A stretch of 63,195 nt of DNA, filler included, from Octopus bimaculoides (GCF_001194135.2; 7 parts of 7 records of this genome joined end to end with filler, not necessarily neighbours in it); one strand, 5' to 3'. Positions 13,449 through 25,906 are shown, counted from the whole stretch's first letter. Notes: a model not told the origin generated them from the letters alone. Numbers and translations: made by a program.

Positions 13449-14515
13449 ATGAGTGATAGAACTTTGAAAACTGAACATTCCTCAGATAATGAACGTGAAG
13501 CATCAGATAAGAAGAAGGCTAGATGGGCATCGTATGAAAGGAAACTTCTGCAAATAATTGTGTAATGAAAAATTTTTTAGTTGGTTGGAGCAAGGCAAGA
13601 ACGATACAGCTAAAGGCAAATGCATATTATACAAGTGTGAATTGCTGGTAGTTTGAGCCAAATTTTACGACATGAGCAGACAGAAAAACACCGCAAGAAT
13701 GCAAATGAAGCAAATAAAAGCAAAACAGTTGACCAATTATTTCGATGCCTCATCATTTTCTTCACATTCCAAGAAAGTAGCAGCTGCTGAATTAAAATAC
13801 TGTGCATTTGTTGCTGAGCATAATCTCCCAATTTCTATTTTGGATCACTTACCTGGCCTTGTTGTAAACGCCGTCCTGATTCTAAAATCACCCAGGATGC
13901 AAAGTGTACCCGTATGAAAGGCACATACATCTTTTTTAAAGCCATTGGCCCCTATGGCTTCAACGCTTTATTAAAAAAACCTCACTCATCAAAATTCTCA
14001 CTTGTTATTGTTGAAACAACTGATGTTTCAACACTAAAACAACTTGTTCTGGTTTCCAGATATTATGATGTTGAAATTCAAAAGACAGTCGATGATTTTC
14101 TTACACTTATAGCAATACACGATTGCAGTGCTACAGGTATATACAACTGTCTTCTATCATTTTTAAATGATCACGCTATTCCTCTGGAAAATTTAATAGG
14201 TTTCGCCTGTGATAATGCAGATGTTATGATGAGAAGCAAAGGAGGTGTTCAGCACTTGTTGAAGCAGAACAGGCCAGATCTTTTTCTGCAAGCCTGTGTT
14301 TGTTATTCTTTACACTTATGTTCATCAAACACATGCAATGAATTACCGAATTCTTTCGAAGAATTGACAAGAAGTATTTATGCACACTTTAGTTACAGTC
14401 CTAAGTATATCAATGAATTCAAAGATATGCAGAAAATAGCTTGAATTGATCCTCACAAAATCCTGCATGCAAGTTGCACTAGATGGCTGTCTCTCAAGCA
14501 AGTTGTGCAGTATAT
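13449..14515 (+). pseudogene. hAT-superfamily transposase pseudogene (ZNF862/Tip100-like)
   Basis: Zn-finger-like KCI..KC region, AELKYCAFVAEHNLP, FSLVIVETTDVS..KQL, FACDNADVM, ACVCYSLHL, TRWLSL. Catalytic Asp reads Val, CxxH His reads Tyr; frameshifts. Confidence 0.85.
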
Positions 14516-15091
14516 TTTAGAGCAAGAAAAGATTGAAGAGAGAGATAGAAGACATCCAGTTCTTAAAACGTTGTGCAAGAAAAGAAAGATGGATGATGGT
14601 CACATGTGGGCAATGAGCATTCTCCCAGCAAGTGTTCACTATTTTCCTGCACGACATTCTAAGGACTGGACATCTTCTATCTCTCTTTTGTCTTTTCAAA
14701 GAAAATATTTCTCTCAGCATTCACTATTTTCCTCTCATTCTGATCTAACCACCCTCCATGTTTGTTTTTGTTTGGTTTCTTTGTATGTCTCCACTGTCCT
14801 GTTTTTGTTCCTAACTTTGGCCCTCCATAAATCAAAAATTTTATTTTGGAATTTATGGGAGCAACTGTCTTCGGAGACTCATATTGTCAGTGAATGCTCG
14901 AAATGAGGAGTAGATAGACAACCTGCAACTGATGAAGGGTCGTTCTTTGTGTTACTTGTCTCATTTTCCACTTTTTTCTCTCGTTGTTTGTGTATTTAAC
15001 TTGTTTGTTTGCATACTTCATGTTGTTTATACAGTTGGTGGCATCCTGTACCCATATATGCATATGTATGTGTATAATATTTCTATCTATC

Positions 15092-15123
<32 letters not shown>

Positions 15124-15138
15124 AATATATATATTTAT

Positions 15139-15171
<33 letters not shown>

Positions 15172-15302
15172 TNNNNNNNNNNNNNNNNNNNNNNNNNNNN
15201 NNNNNNNNNNNNNNNNTTAATTAATTAANNNNNNNNNNNNNNNNNNNNNNNNNNNNNNNNNNNNNNNNNNNNGTAGAAAGAATATATACTTTTTATATAC
15301 TT

Positions 15303-16555
15303 TTATTTTTCAAAATTATGATAAACAAAGTTCTTTTTTAACCTAAAATATACATACCCTCCATCATTTTCTACAATGCTCTTCCATCTATCTGGTAGAC
15401 TTGCAAAGCACCTTTTCCAAAATTTACTTGCCCATGACATAAAATACTCCTCTAGTACTGTTCTGACCTCGTCTACAGAATTCATATTTTTTCTATTCAA
15501 ATGATTTTAAAGACTGCGGAATAAATGATAATCAGATAGGGCAAAATCCGGCGAATGTGTTGGGTGGACATTGTTATCCACTCAAACTGTTCCAAACTTT
15601 GGGATGTCCTCCTCGATGTATGTGGCCGATCATTACCCTGATGGAAGAATATCTTTCGTCTTGAAACCAAAGATGGTCATTTTTCTTCTATCGCTGACTT
15701 AAGCCGCTCAAGCTGTTCGCAATACATCTCCTTTGTTATCGCTTGATTTAGGTTTAAAAGTTCAAAGTAGACTAAACCTTTCATATTCCACCAAACAGAT
15801 AACAACACCTTATGTGGGTGAAGACCTTCTTTAGACTAGGATACCGGTGTTTCTCCTTTCCCTACCCACTGTCTTCGGCGCTTGGCATTTTTAGAGAGAA
15901 CCCATTTCTCGTCACCAGTCACTATTCGGTCCAAAAAAAAAGGTTCATTCGTGAGGCGTGACAGCAAAGAAGAGCAAACATTCACTCTCTGCGCGCGATT
16001 AGACTCGGAAAGTTTGTGAGGAACCCATTGACCCAATTTGCTGACTTTTCCGATGCCACGCAGGTGTTGATGAATGGTCGAATGACCAAATCTAAGCTTT
16101 TCTGCTAGTTCCTCAACAGTTATGATGGTATTTTGTTCCACCAGGGTTTGCGGGACGCTCCCGTCGAGTACTACAGATCTTCCAAGACGAGGTTCATCTT
16201 CTAAGCTGTAGTTTCCGGCTCGGAATTTCTGGAACCACCGTTGACACTGGTTTACGCTTACTGTCTAATCCCCATATACTGCAATAATATTCCTTGCACT
16301 TTCCGTAGCGTTGTTGCATTTGTTGAACTCATTAAGTAAAATATGCCGAATAAGCTTCTATGTCACTTCCATTATAGCTCTGAAAAAAATAACTATTAAA
16401 ATCGAACTGCATCCTTCAAAACTTGCACTAAGAATAAGACAAGGTAAAATTACTCCCTACTTTTATAGTAAGTTGATGCAAGTAGTTTATCCCGTCAACC
16501 TCCGACTTTTACTTCATGCAATTGAAAAATATGCATTATTTATGGGATGGCCCAA
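15303..16555 (-). mobile_element. Near-full-length decayed mariner element
   Basis: TIR-like TTGGGCCATCCCATAAATAATGC with TA at 16556-16557; ATG at 16372; QRWFQKFRAG, WVPHKL, IVTGDEKW, SPDFALSDYHLFRSL; several stops. Confidence 0.9.
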
Positions 16556-16598
16556 TAATTTGCGAAAATAATATTTCATTCATAAATACATACATACT

Positions 16599-16626
16599 TA
16601 CATACATACATACATATATACATACA

Positions 16627-16680
<54 letters not shown>

Positions 16681-16732
16681 CATTATTATTATTATTATTG
16701 TTATTGTTATTATCATTATCATTATTGTTATT

Positions 16733-16765
<33 letters not shown>

Positions 16766-16770
16766 ATTGA
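16599..16770. repeat. Compound (CATA)n-(TTA)n-(TTG)n microsatellite, representative of dozens of TA, CA, GA, TCTA, AAT, CAT and CAC tracts
   Basis: Directly visible; such tracts flank most N gaps and explain most ORFs in the supplied track. Confidence 0.97.
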
Positions 16771-17446
16771 GTGAGAGAGCCATAGTTGCCATCAAAGTGA
16801 CACTGGGGTACAAATATACGAGCCCAATATACCCATCATGACTACACGTCTTCAGGTCGAGTAGCCCATCGCGCCCAAAAGGTCCCTGAATAAGGGTTGT
16901 TTAAGGATGATGGACAAAACACCCATGTTTCTAAGGGTGAGTTATTCAAATCCCAAAGAATCTCTCTCAACACATGACTATGGCGCTCCGTCGCTACTCC
17001 TGCTCGTGATCAGAGATGCACATATCGTCAGCCACCAAAGGCCATGCGCAACTGGTTATGGTCAAGCAAGTGACAAGCAAATCTGTGGCATTGAGCAACA
17101 AACTTGCTGTAGACCATCTTTTATACCAAAACATGTACATGATAACACTTCCAATCAATTATGATCAGAAGCGATGAGAGTCATTGCCTGGTACTGCACC
17201 AGGGCATTTATCATTATTATTAAGGCGAGCTGGGAGAACCATTAGCACCCGGGGCAAAAATATGCTTAGCGGCATTTCGTCCGTCTTTACTTTCCTGAGT
17301 TCAAATTCCACCGAATTCTACTTTGCCTTCATTTTTTCAGAGTCGATAAATTAAGTAGCAGTCAAGTACTGGAGTCGATGTAATCGACTAGTCCCCTCCC
17401 ACCAAATTTCAAACCTTGTGCTTTTAATAGAAATGATTATTATTAA

Positions 17447-17645
17447 GTCGGCGCGCTGGCAGAATCATTAGCAGACTGGACAAAATGCTTAGCAGTATTT
17501 TATCCGTCTATACATTCTGAGTTCAAATTCCGCCGAGGTCGACTTTCTTTCATCCTTTTGGAGTCGATGAAATAAGTACCAGTCAAGTACTGGAGGTCAA
17601 TGTAATCGACTTACTCCTCCCCCAAATTTGCTGGCCTTGAGCCAA
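17447..17645 (+). mobile_element. tRNA-derived SINE family B
   Basis: GGCGCGCTGGCAGAATC...GAGTTCAAATTCCGCCGAGGTCGACTTT.CTTTCATCCTTT..GGAGTCGAT. Other copies near 17222-17430, 24455-24595(-), 29520-29660(-), 29885-30025(-), 30678-30860(-), 39545-39715, 40500-40730, 48686-48893(-), 54665-54870(-), 62232-62463(-). Confidence 0.85.
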
Positions 17646-18176
17646 AATGATTATTATTATTACTATTGATTGAGACAGCAGCGCATGTCATCAAAGTGAC
17701 ACTGGAATACAACTATACAAAGCCCAATATACCCATCATGGCTACCCATCTGATAAAGGTACACCACGTACATGCATCACAACCATATGTGCGCGACATG
17801 GTGATCTTATATCAAGATAAACAGCGCATGACCTTGCAGCCGAAGCCCTGTTAGAATTTTCTTCAGGTCGAGTAGCTCATCCAGCTCAAAAGGCCCCTGT
17901 ATAAAGGTTGTTTAAGGATGATGAACGAAACACTCATGTTTCCAGAGGTAAATTATACAAACTCCAAAAAGTCCCTCTCAGCACATGGTTATGATGCTCC
18001 ACCACTACTCCTGCTCGTGATCAGAAATGTAAATACTGTCATCCACCAAGGGTCAAGCAAATTACAAGCGAATCAGCGGTATTGACCAGATCATTTGCAC
18101 CAAGACAAAACATGTACATGTTAACACTTCCAATCAGAAGCCATGAGAGTCACTGCCTGGTACTGCATCAAGGTAC

Positions 18177-18245
<69 letters not shown>

Positions 18246-18259
18246 TTATGTTTGACTTT

Positions 18260-18904
18260 TGTTTTGCATTTGTACAAGTTGGATCCAAGTCTCAACTCAT
18301 CGACACAAGCAACGACTTCTTTACCGAATCGTTACTAGCGACGAAAAATGGTGCCTGTACATGAATATGAAGCAGCGTAAGGAATGGCTTAGCCCCGGTA
18401 AACAAGCGACACCGCATGTGAAACAAGATCTTCATCCGCATAAAACGATGTTGTGCGTATGGTGGGACTGGGAAGGGATTATCCATTACGAATTGCTTGA
18501 ACGGAACCAGACGGTCAACGCGGAGCTCTATGTTCAACAAATGGAAAGACTCAACACGGCTATTCAAGAGAAAAAACCTAATCGTCAACATGGAGTTCTT
18601 CTGTTGCACGACAACCCGCCCTCATATCGCCAATATGATCAAGGAAGCCATTCAAACGCATGGCTGGGAAGTGCTGCCACACCCGCCGTACTCTCCTGAT
18701 TTGGCACCAACGGATTTCCATCTCTTTCGATCTCTTTCAAATGCTATGCGCGGAGTTTCGTTCAGTACTGATGCAGAATTGAGAGCTTGGTTGGATCAAT
18801 TTTTCGAATCGAAATCGGATGATTTCTACCAAAGAGGTATTGAAAATCTTGTTGAACGTTGGGAAGAAGTTGTAAACAACAAGGGTGAATACATTATTGA
18901 TTAA
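18260..18904 (+). pseudogene. Mariner transposase catalytic (D,D34D) fragment
   Basis: IVTSDEKW, TMLCVWWD, LLHDN (frameshift near 18615), HPPYSPDLAPTDFHLFRSL...LVERWEEVV..KGEYIID. Confidence 0.92.
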
Positions 18905-19639
18905 TTATTGATTAATTAGTTGTTATTTTTTATTAAACCTTTTAAAAAATTTTAATTAAANNNNNNNNNNNNNNNNNNNNNNNNNNNNNNNNNNNNNNNN
19001 NNNNTTAATTAATTAANNNNNNNNNNNNNNNNNNNNNNNNNNNNNNNNNNNNNNNNNNNNGTTTGGATAGCGTGAAGAAACGGGATTCTATTGTGCTCTG
19101 TCCCAAAAGTTCAAATTTGTTTTTCTTTGAGGTATATTAGCTCATTTCATTTTGTAAACTTCTATCTAGGAAACTCAAAATTAACACGCGATTATTTATA
19201 GCTTAATCTGCTTCGAGCTCCACCATTCCAAAATTTAAACTATTTTTCACGTTCTCACGAAGTTTTTATAAATTCTTATGACGTCAATATTTATGGAATT
19301 AATTTTGTCCACGAGCACACACGAATTTACTAGTTTCACTAGTCAAAGTATGCCTTGTAGTTTCGAGGTTCTGTTATAAAAAAAGAAAAAAACAAACTAA
19401 AAATGACTTGGTTATGTTATACAAAAGTTATCTACCTTTATACAATGGTAGATTTTAACGAACGTTGGGAAATAATCATTTAACATTTAGTTGCGCATTT
19501 TGACTATTTTGTCTTTCTTTATTAAATTCATTAAATATTATTACTATATCATAAAAAAAGTTCTTTATTTAATTATTTTTTAAAGCAAGTCTATATTGAT
19601 TTGAAATGTTATCACGACTTCATACTTTATAACAAGTGA

Positions 19640-19700
19640 AGCTAGCAATTTTTCTTCACATACTGTAGTTGTTGTTGAGACGTCGTGGCGAAATGTAAGT
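19640..19700 (+). promoter_or_regulatory. Candidate non-coding first exon / promoter of SURF6
   Basis: The SURF6 ATG follows an acceptor, so an upstream exon is required. A strong donor (GAAAT/gtaagt, 19695) lies in a CpG-containing, repeat-free stretch (19100-20600). The 5' boundary is approximate. Confidence 0.4.
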
Positions 19701-21341
19701 GTATTTATATTAGTTTCTTTCTCGTGATTTTAATTTCTAATAGTTTCTAATACATGCATGCGTCTTGAAAAAGAAATACTAATATAGTTTTATTCTATAC
19801 TCACTATTTCTTAATCATTCTATTAATTTTTGTTTAATTCTCTGAACACGTGGTTCCACATTGGATTTCTGTAGAGTTACTTTCTACTTGTGAGAATTTC
19901 AAAGTAATTAATATGTAGAACAGAACCTAACAAAATTAATGAAAAAGACTACACAAAAATAAACTGTAAAAGAAATTTAGGGAACCTTTCTGTACCGATT
20001 CAAAAATCTAAAATATATCTAAGTTAAAACTAAAAGATTGACTGCCTAAAGCAACAAATGATTTCCAAAAGAAATAAACTCAATTTAGTACACAACCATC
20101 CCTTTAGAGATTAAACCACTGTTTGAAATTACAATTTACCTTTTGTTTGTAAGTATTAACTTTCACGAAAGTGACAACGCCACATTGGCATTAGTATTAT
20201 ATTTATAGAAAAGACGTATTTCCATGTATAAGGGGGTGGGGAACACTTTCTGTCTCTTAGACGAAACGTCTCTTCAAATATGTTAATATCATCTTCTCCC
20301 TGCGACATTTAAACTTCTCAGTAATATTTGTCGATATATAACCAGCTGTTTACTAATTTCGATTCAAATTAAAACAGCTCAGTAGTTCAATTATTCTTAA
20401 TCGGATCTTGTGAATTTTCCGAAAGTCCTCTCTCCATACTCCCAGGTTCGTTTGCGCAATTTCTTTTTCTTTTTGTCATATTCGTTTTCTACGCAGTTAT
20501 TAACATCCAGCAGGCTGGGGGTTTTTTTTCTTTATATTATCCTTTTAACAAGGACAAAAATGTTCAGTATCAAACAAACCCCAGTACTGTTTGCTAAGTA
20601 CTTTTCGTTTTGAATTAAAAATAAGCTATCGGCAGAATTCTGGTTTAAGCACCCCATATAACCCTTCATGATTATTTTATTGTTTGGCATGTTTTCTGTT
20701 GCTAAATATCCTTCATTTCGCCAATTACTGAGAAGGTGAGGGAAGAAAGAATAGGAAGAGAAAAAGTGATCGTTGGAGGGTGGTTCAATAGAAACAACGT
20801 GTGATGTGATGGAAGAAAAAAGTTGATTGAAGTGGGAGCTCTGGGAGTGAAAGAATGTTGGAAGAGGACATTTACTGGAATCACTTTGATTAGTTTTTAT
20901 GCAAACATCACCATCATCATTTACCGTTCATTTTTTTATGCTGGCATGGGTTGACGGTTTGACTGGGGCTGGTAAGCCAGCAAGCTGTTCCAGACTCCAG
21001 TCTGATTTGGCTGGATGATGCCCTTCCAAGAATTTAGTGGGTACCTTTTATGTGTCACCAGCACTAGCCACAACTACGATTTCACTTGGCTTGATGTGTC
21101 TTCTCAAGCACAGCAAATCGCCAAAAGTCTTGATCACTTGTCATCACCTCCACGAGACCCGACATGCTTCACCACCTCATCCCATGTCTTCCTGGGTTTA
21201 TCTCTTCCAAAGGTTCCCTCCACATTTAGAGATTAGCACTTCTTAATGCTGCTATTCATTTTCACTCCATTACCAAAGTCCATATTAAATAATATTGATA
21301 TAATGAACTATATATATATTATATGTTTGTTTTTGTTTCAG

Positions 21342-21498
21342 ATGGCTATCAATTTACCAAATATTGAAGAAGACAATAAACTGTTTGAGCAGCTTTATTC
21401 TCTTTTGCCCAATGGCCCTAATAAAGTACAATTAGAACCAAAATCTAAACATACCAAAGCAAAAGGTCCAGTAATTGATTCAAATGAGTCAAAAGAAA
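21342..21498 (+). CDS. SURF6: Surfeit locus protein 6 homolog, coding exon 1 (MAINLPNIEEDNKLF...SKE)
   Basis: tttcag acceptor directly before ATG at 21342; AAA/gtaagt donor at 21499; 157 nt, phase 1; joins in frame to exons 2 and 3 (157+60+614=831 nt, 276 aa plus stop). Confidence 0.8.
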
Positions 21499-22157
21499 GT
21501 AAGTAATGAATTCTATATATATAAATATATATATATATCTTTATAGAACTTTTATGTAATCATCATGTCATTATGCTAGGAATAGATTGATAAATACACA
21601 AGAATTGCAATGGTAGATTCATAAGCAAGTGGGGATCTATTTTGATATGGTTTAACAATGCGATAACCCCATGAATTGCTCAGCTAGCTGGCCAGAAAGT
21701 GTAGATGGTTTGTTATGAAGAGAACATAATGCTAAAACTGGCTGTAATGAAAGCATAGTAGCTACTGGAAGAAATTGAAATAGTGTTACTCTGTTGACAG
21801 CAAAGCAATTTCTTTCATTGTGCTGCAGCCAAACATTGTATGAAGGCTGTTTAAGAAGTGTGATGATTGTAACACACAAACTTGGATTAAGGAGAATATG
21901 CAGAAGCTAGAAAGAAGTGGATTCGTGAATTAGTTAGATGTGTAATGTTAACTTTCATGAAAGACAAGACACAAGTGACCAAGGATTGTTGATAACATGT
22001 AAGTATGGTGAAAATGTATTCTGACAACAGAAGATACTTGAATCAGGGAAAATTCATGGAAAGATTTGGCCTCAGAATGTTAAAGCATCATAAAATCTAG
22101 CAGGTGGGGCATGAAGGTCACATTTTCTAGAGTGTAAGGAATTGAATTGATCTAGTA

Positions 22158-24030
22158 CAATGGTTCTCAACCAGGGTTCATATAAGGTTTTGTGGGGTCT
22201 ACGTAACAAAATAGTAACTTGAGGATCCACCATAGTATTTTAAGGGCCCCTGAAAATATTTTGCTATCATCATTATCATTTAACATCCACCTTCCATGCT
22301 AGCATGAGCGAGACTGTTTTGGCAGAATTTTTACAGCTGGATGCTCTTCCTAACACTAACTACTCAGCAGAGTGGACTTAGTGCTTTTTATATGGCACAA
22401 GCACAGTCGAGGTCACTTTTGGCGAGGTTTTTACAGCTAGATGCCCTTCCAAATACCAAGCACTTCACTGTGTGGACTGGGTGCTTTTAAGTAGTACTTT
22501 TAAGGGTCACCAAGTACTTGCAAGACAGAAAAAAATTTAAAAAAACTTTCAAGAGGGGAGGAGATGATCTTGTGTTGGATGATGAAAAGTTATAGTCAGA
22601 CAGATACAGGTGTTTTGCTGTAGAGGAAGTACAAGGTTACTCAGCCGGAGAGAGAGAGAGATTAGGAATGAAGACAGAAACGGGTGCGCTACTGCAAAGG
22701 AAATATACAGTTACCCAACCTGAGGGAAGTGCAGAAGAAGAGTGAGAGACAGCAGGATAGAGATGGTGGCAAAATACCGGGCGTACTCACAAGGAACAGA
22801 GATCAGAATATAAATGGAATGGTTGAGTAAAAGAAGAGAAAGATATTGATGGTGGCAAGTGCCAGGACATACCCTTGAGGTTACAATGCCATAATATAAG
22901 TGGCAGGATATTGTGAAGGAAATGTGATTAAAGGGTGCGAGTAGTTGGTGAAAAACTTGGGTATATATAGATTGGGGGGAACTACCAGATAGCAATGATA
23001 CAAAGGAAGAGGGCCATGAGGGCAGGACTGGGGTGCGAGAGCTTAGCACAGTGTATGAAGCAGGAAATGTGAGAAAGAGGAGTGGTGTGGAGATGTAGAT
23101 TGGTTTGTTGGGATAGGGTGAGGAAAAGGTTTTCTTGTTATGTATGGGTGAAACATACAGGTCGGGGGCTAGCAGAGTCACCAAGTGAAAATGTTAATGT
23201 ACGAATAGAATAGTGGGTATTCATAACGGGTGTGCAAAATGGACGTTGAGCACAGGCCTTGTGCAAACAAAATTTTATGCACCACATAGCTAGACGAGTT
23301 CAGAAGAAAAGCCATAGTAGTTAATAATTAGTATTATTCTTATCATTGAAATATTAATACTAAATTAATATACATGTACATTTTAATAGTTAAATTTATC
23401 TCATAAGCATTTTGCAGCAGGGGTTGGGGGTGGGGGTCTGGCTGAATGCCTTGGCAATTGAATAGTGAAAGAAATAGAATTCTAGATTCATTGGCTAAGT
23501 CATATTTGAATAATAATAATAATAACTTAGCTGTTGATTCAAGAAAGAGCGAGTGAGTTGTTGCTTCATACAATGGCATCAAAGGAATGGAACGATATTT
23601 GGGAATGTATTTTAAATATATGACAGACACTGGGAATGGACGTTGAGCACAGGTCTTGTGCAAACCAAGTTTCACGCACCACATAGCTAAACAGGCTCAG
23701 AAGAAAAGCCCTAGTATTTAATAATAATTATTATTCTTATCATTAAAATATTAATACTAAATTAATATACATGTACATTTTAATCATTAAATTTATTGCA
23801 TGAGCATTTTGCAACAGGAGTGGTGGAGTCTATTGCAAGAAACAGCTAGGTTTCTTTCTCTAACATTTTACATAGTTCAACCAATACATGTTGATATGTG
23901 AGAAACAAAATAGGATTTTTGAAAGTAGTTTCTATAAAAATAGTTTTTAAACTACAAATGTCTGTGGGTCCACCAGAATAAAATAGTAATCAAAAGGAGT
24001 CCATAGCTAAAAAATGATTGAGAACTCGTG
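22158..24030. mobile_element. Non-autonomous hAT (Charlie-like) element with nested insertions in SURF6 intron 1
   Basis: TIRs CAATGGTTCTCAA / TTGAGAACTCGTG; perfect 8-bp flanking duplication ATCTAGTA at 22150-22157 and 24031-24038. Confidence 0.75.
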
Positions 24031-24206
24031 ATCTAGTATATTATTGGTATTCAATTTCTTAATCCCAAAATAATGAATCAAACCTGACAATTTAAAATTC
24101 AGAATGTTCAAAACAAAACAAAATGCAATTTTTATTTCTACCTCCTCATCCTCTGTCTCACTGAATGTCTTGTAATCTGCATTTTACTTTCAATGTTTAT
24201 TTACAG

Positions 24207-24266
24207 CTGAAGACAATGCCATTCAATTAGAAATCAAACTTCAGAACAAGATTGAATCCTTGCAGT
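24207..24266 (+). CDS. SURF6: SURF6 coding exon 2 (EDNAIQLEIKLQNKIESLQ)
   Basis: ttacag acceptor, gtaagt donor at 24267; 60 nt, phase 1 to phase 1; coiled-coil-like peptide resembling the SURF6 L..KI..LQ segment. Confidence 0.8.
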
Positions 24267-25358
24267 GTAAGTAGAAAATTATCTGCTCATTAATTTTAGT
24301 CCATCAGCAAAATATGCAACATTAATTTACTATCTTCTTAGTAGCACTTTAATACTACCAATGTAAAACTTATGAATAAATTAGTGTTTCAGAGGTTATG
24401 AGTCAGGTCTTATTGGATTTATGAAAAGTAAAATACTTCTACTTATTATTTTCAAATTTGGCGCAATGCCAGCAATTTCAGAGGAGTATGTCAATTACAT
24501 CGACCCTAGTGGGATTTGAATTTAGAAGATAAAGATTGATGAAATGCCTCTAAGCATTTTGCCTGCCATGCTAACAATTCTGCCAGCTTAATGCCTTAAT
24601 ATTTCTATATATTAAAAGACATACTCTGCAGCAGAAGTGTTAATCAGTCTCTTTGGTGGTGTAAAGCACTCGTGATAGTGCCACATAAAGTGCCCATGCG
24701 GTGTCACATAAAATCACCTGTGCGGTGCCACACAAAAGCGCCTATACAGTACCACATAAAGGCACCCAACACACTGAAGTATTTGGCATTAGGAAGGGCA
24801 TTCGTCCATAGAAACCATGCCAAATCAGACTAGAGTCTGATTCTCCCCAGCTTGCCAGCATAGACAACAGACATTAAATGATATCTCACTGCAATGTACA
24901 ACAGTCAAACTGTTATGGTGCTGGGTTACACTGCCCTATGGTTAGCAAAATTTATACATGAAAATGTTAACAATATATACACTACAAACAGAGTCCAAGT
25001 ATTTTCTCATCACAGATTATCTTGGATCAATTATCAAATAATGAAGTATGGAAAATTTCATTTAGATATTCTTGTTTCTATTTAACATTCTACTCCAAGT
25101 TGCATAAAGAAGCATATTTAAGAGCCATTGCATGCTAAACCTGATTTTCAGGTGGAAATAAAATTTAATACTAAATCTTAACCTTTTAGTTTCAACTGGT
25201 TGATTCTGCCTTCACTTAATCATCAAGATCATCATCATTTGACATTTGTTTTCCAAATTGGCATGAGTTGGATAGTTTGACAGGAGCTGACAAGGCCATA
25301 AGTTGTACCAGACTCTGTTGTCTGTTTCAACATGGTTTCTACAGCTGGATGCCCTTCG

Positions 25359-25906
25359 GGATCTTTTTTAAAACGGGGGCCACATTTTTCATTAATGTTT
25401 TACGTAGTGTTTTTGGTGCGGAAAGACTTTCAAACTTCGTATCTATTTTGTGTTATAGAACAGAAAAATATTTTTGTATTCGAATTTATTTCATGTAAAA
25501 AATTGTCTTATTTCGATAATTTCAACCAATCACTGACGTCCATTCAGTCGATATACATTAAGTGCCGACTACATAAACAAACGATTCTTCGTTTTATTTG
25601 CTTTTTTCATTTTAAATTTGCTTTAACCCTAACCCTAACCCTAACCCTAAGGTTAGGGTTAGAGTTAGTTGTTTCAGAATCGTTTGTTTATGTAGTCGGC
25701 ACTTAATGTATATCGGCTGAATGGACGTCAGTGATTGGTTGAAATTACAGAAATACGACAACTTTAACATGGAATAATTTATGGATTTCTTTTTTTTTAA
25801 AGAAGACTAAGAGAAAAAGATGTTTTATATGACACATTCTACCAGTGTTCCAAGTTTCAAAGTGTTTCGTTAATGAAAAATGTGGCCCCCGTTTTAAAAA
25901 AGATCC
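25359..25906. mobile_element. 548-bp palindromic MITE (possibly Merlin-type) with a telomere-like core
   Basis: Perfect 37-bp TIRs starting GGATC; 8-bp duplication GCCCTTCG/GCCCTTCC; 72-bp inner inverted repeat (25517-25588 / 25676-25747, 1 mismatch); central (TAACCC)4 then (GGTTAG)2; interrupts an RTE-tail repeat. Confidence 0.85.

Noticed and set aside
20180-20310. Short minus-strand ORF MSQGEDDINIFEETFRLRDRK
   Set aside because: Under 40 codons, no donor or homology recognised, and it overlaps the presumed SURF6 5' intron.
23229-23290. Hairpin with internal loop followed by ACA in a SURF6 intron (H/ACA snoRNA idea)
   Set aside because: No convincing partner hairpin or correctly placed H box; it lies inside a hAT element, and the second copy lacks the 5' stem.
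25623-25667. Head-to-head telomeric repeats as a chromosome fusion scar
   Set aside because: Only about six units, centred in a MITE with TIRs and a target duplication.
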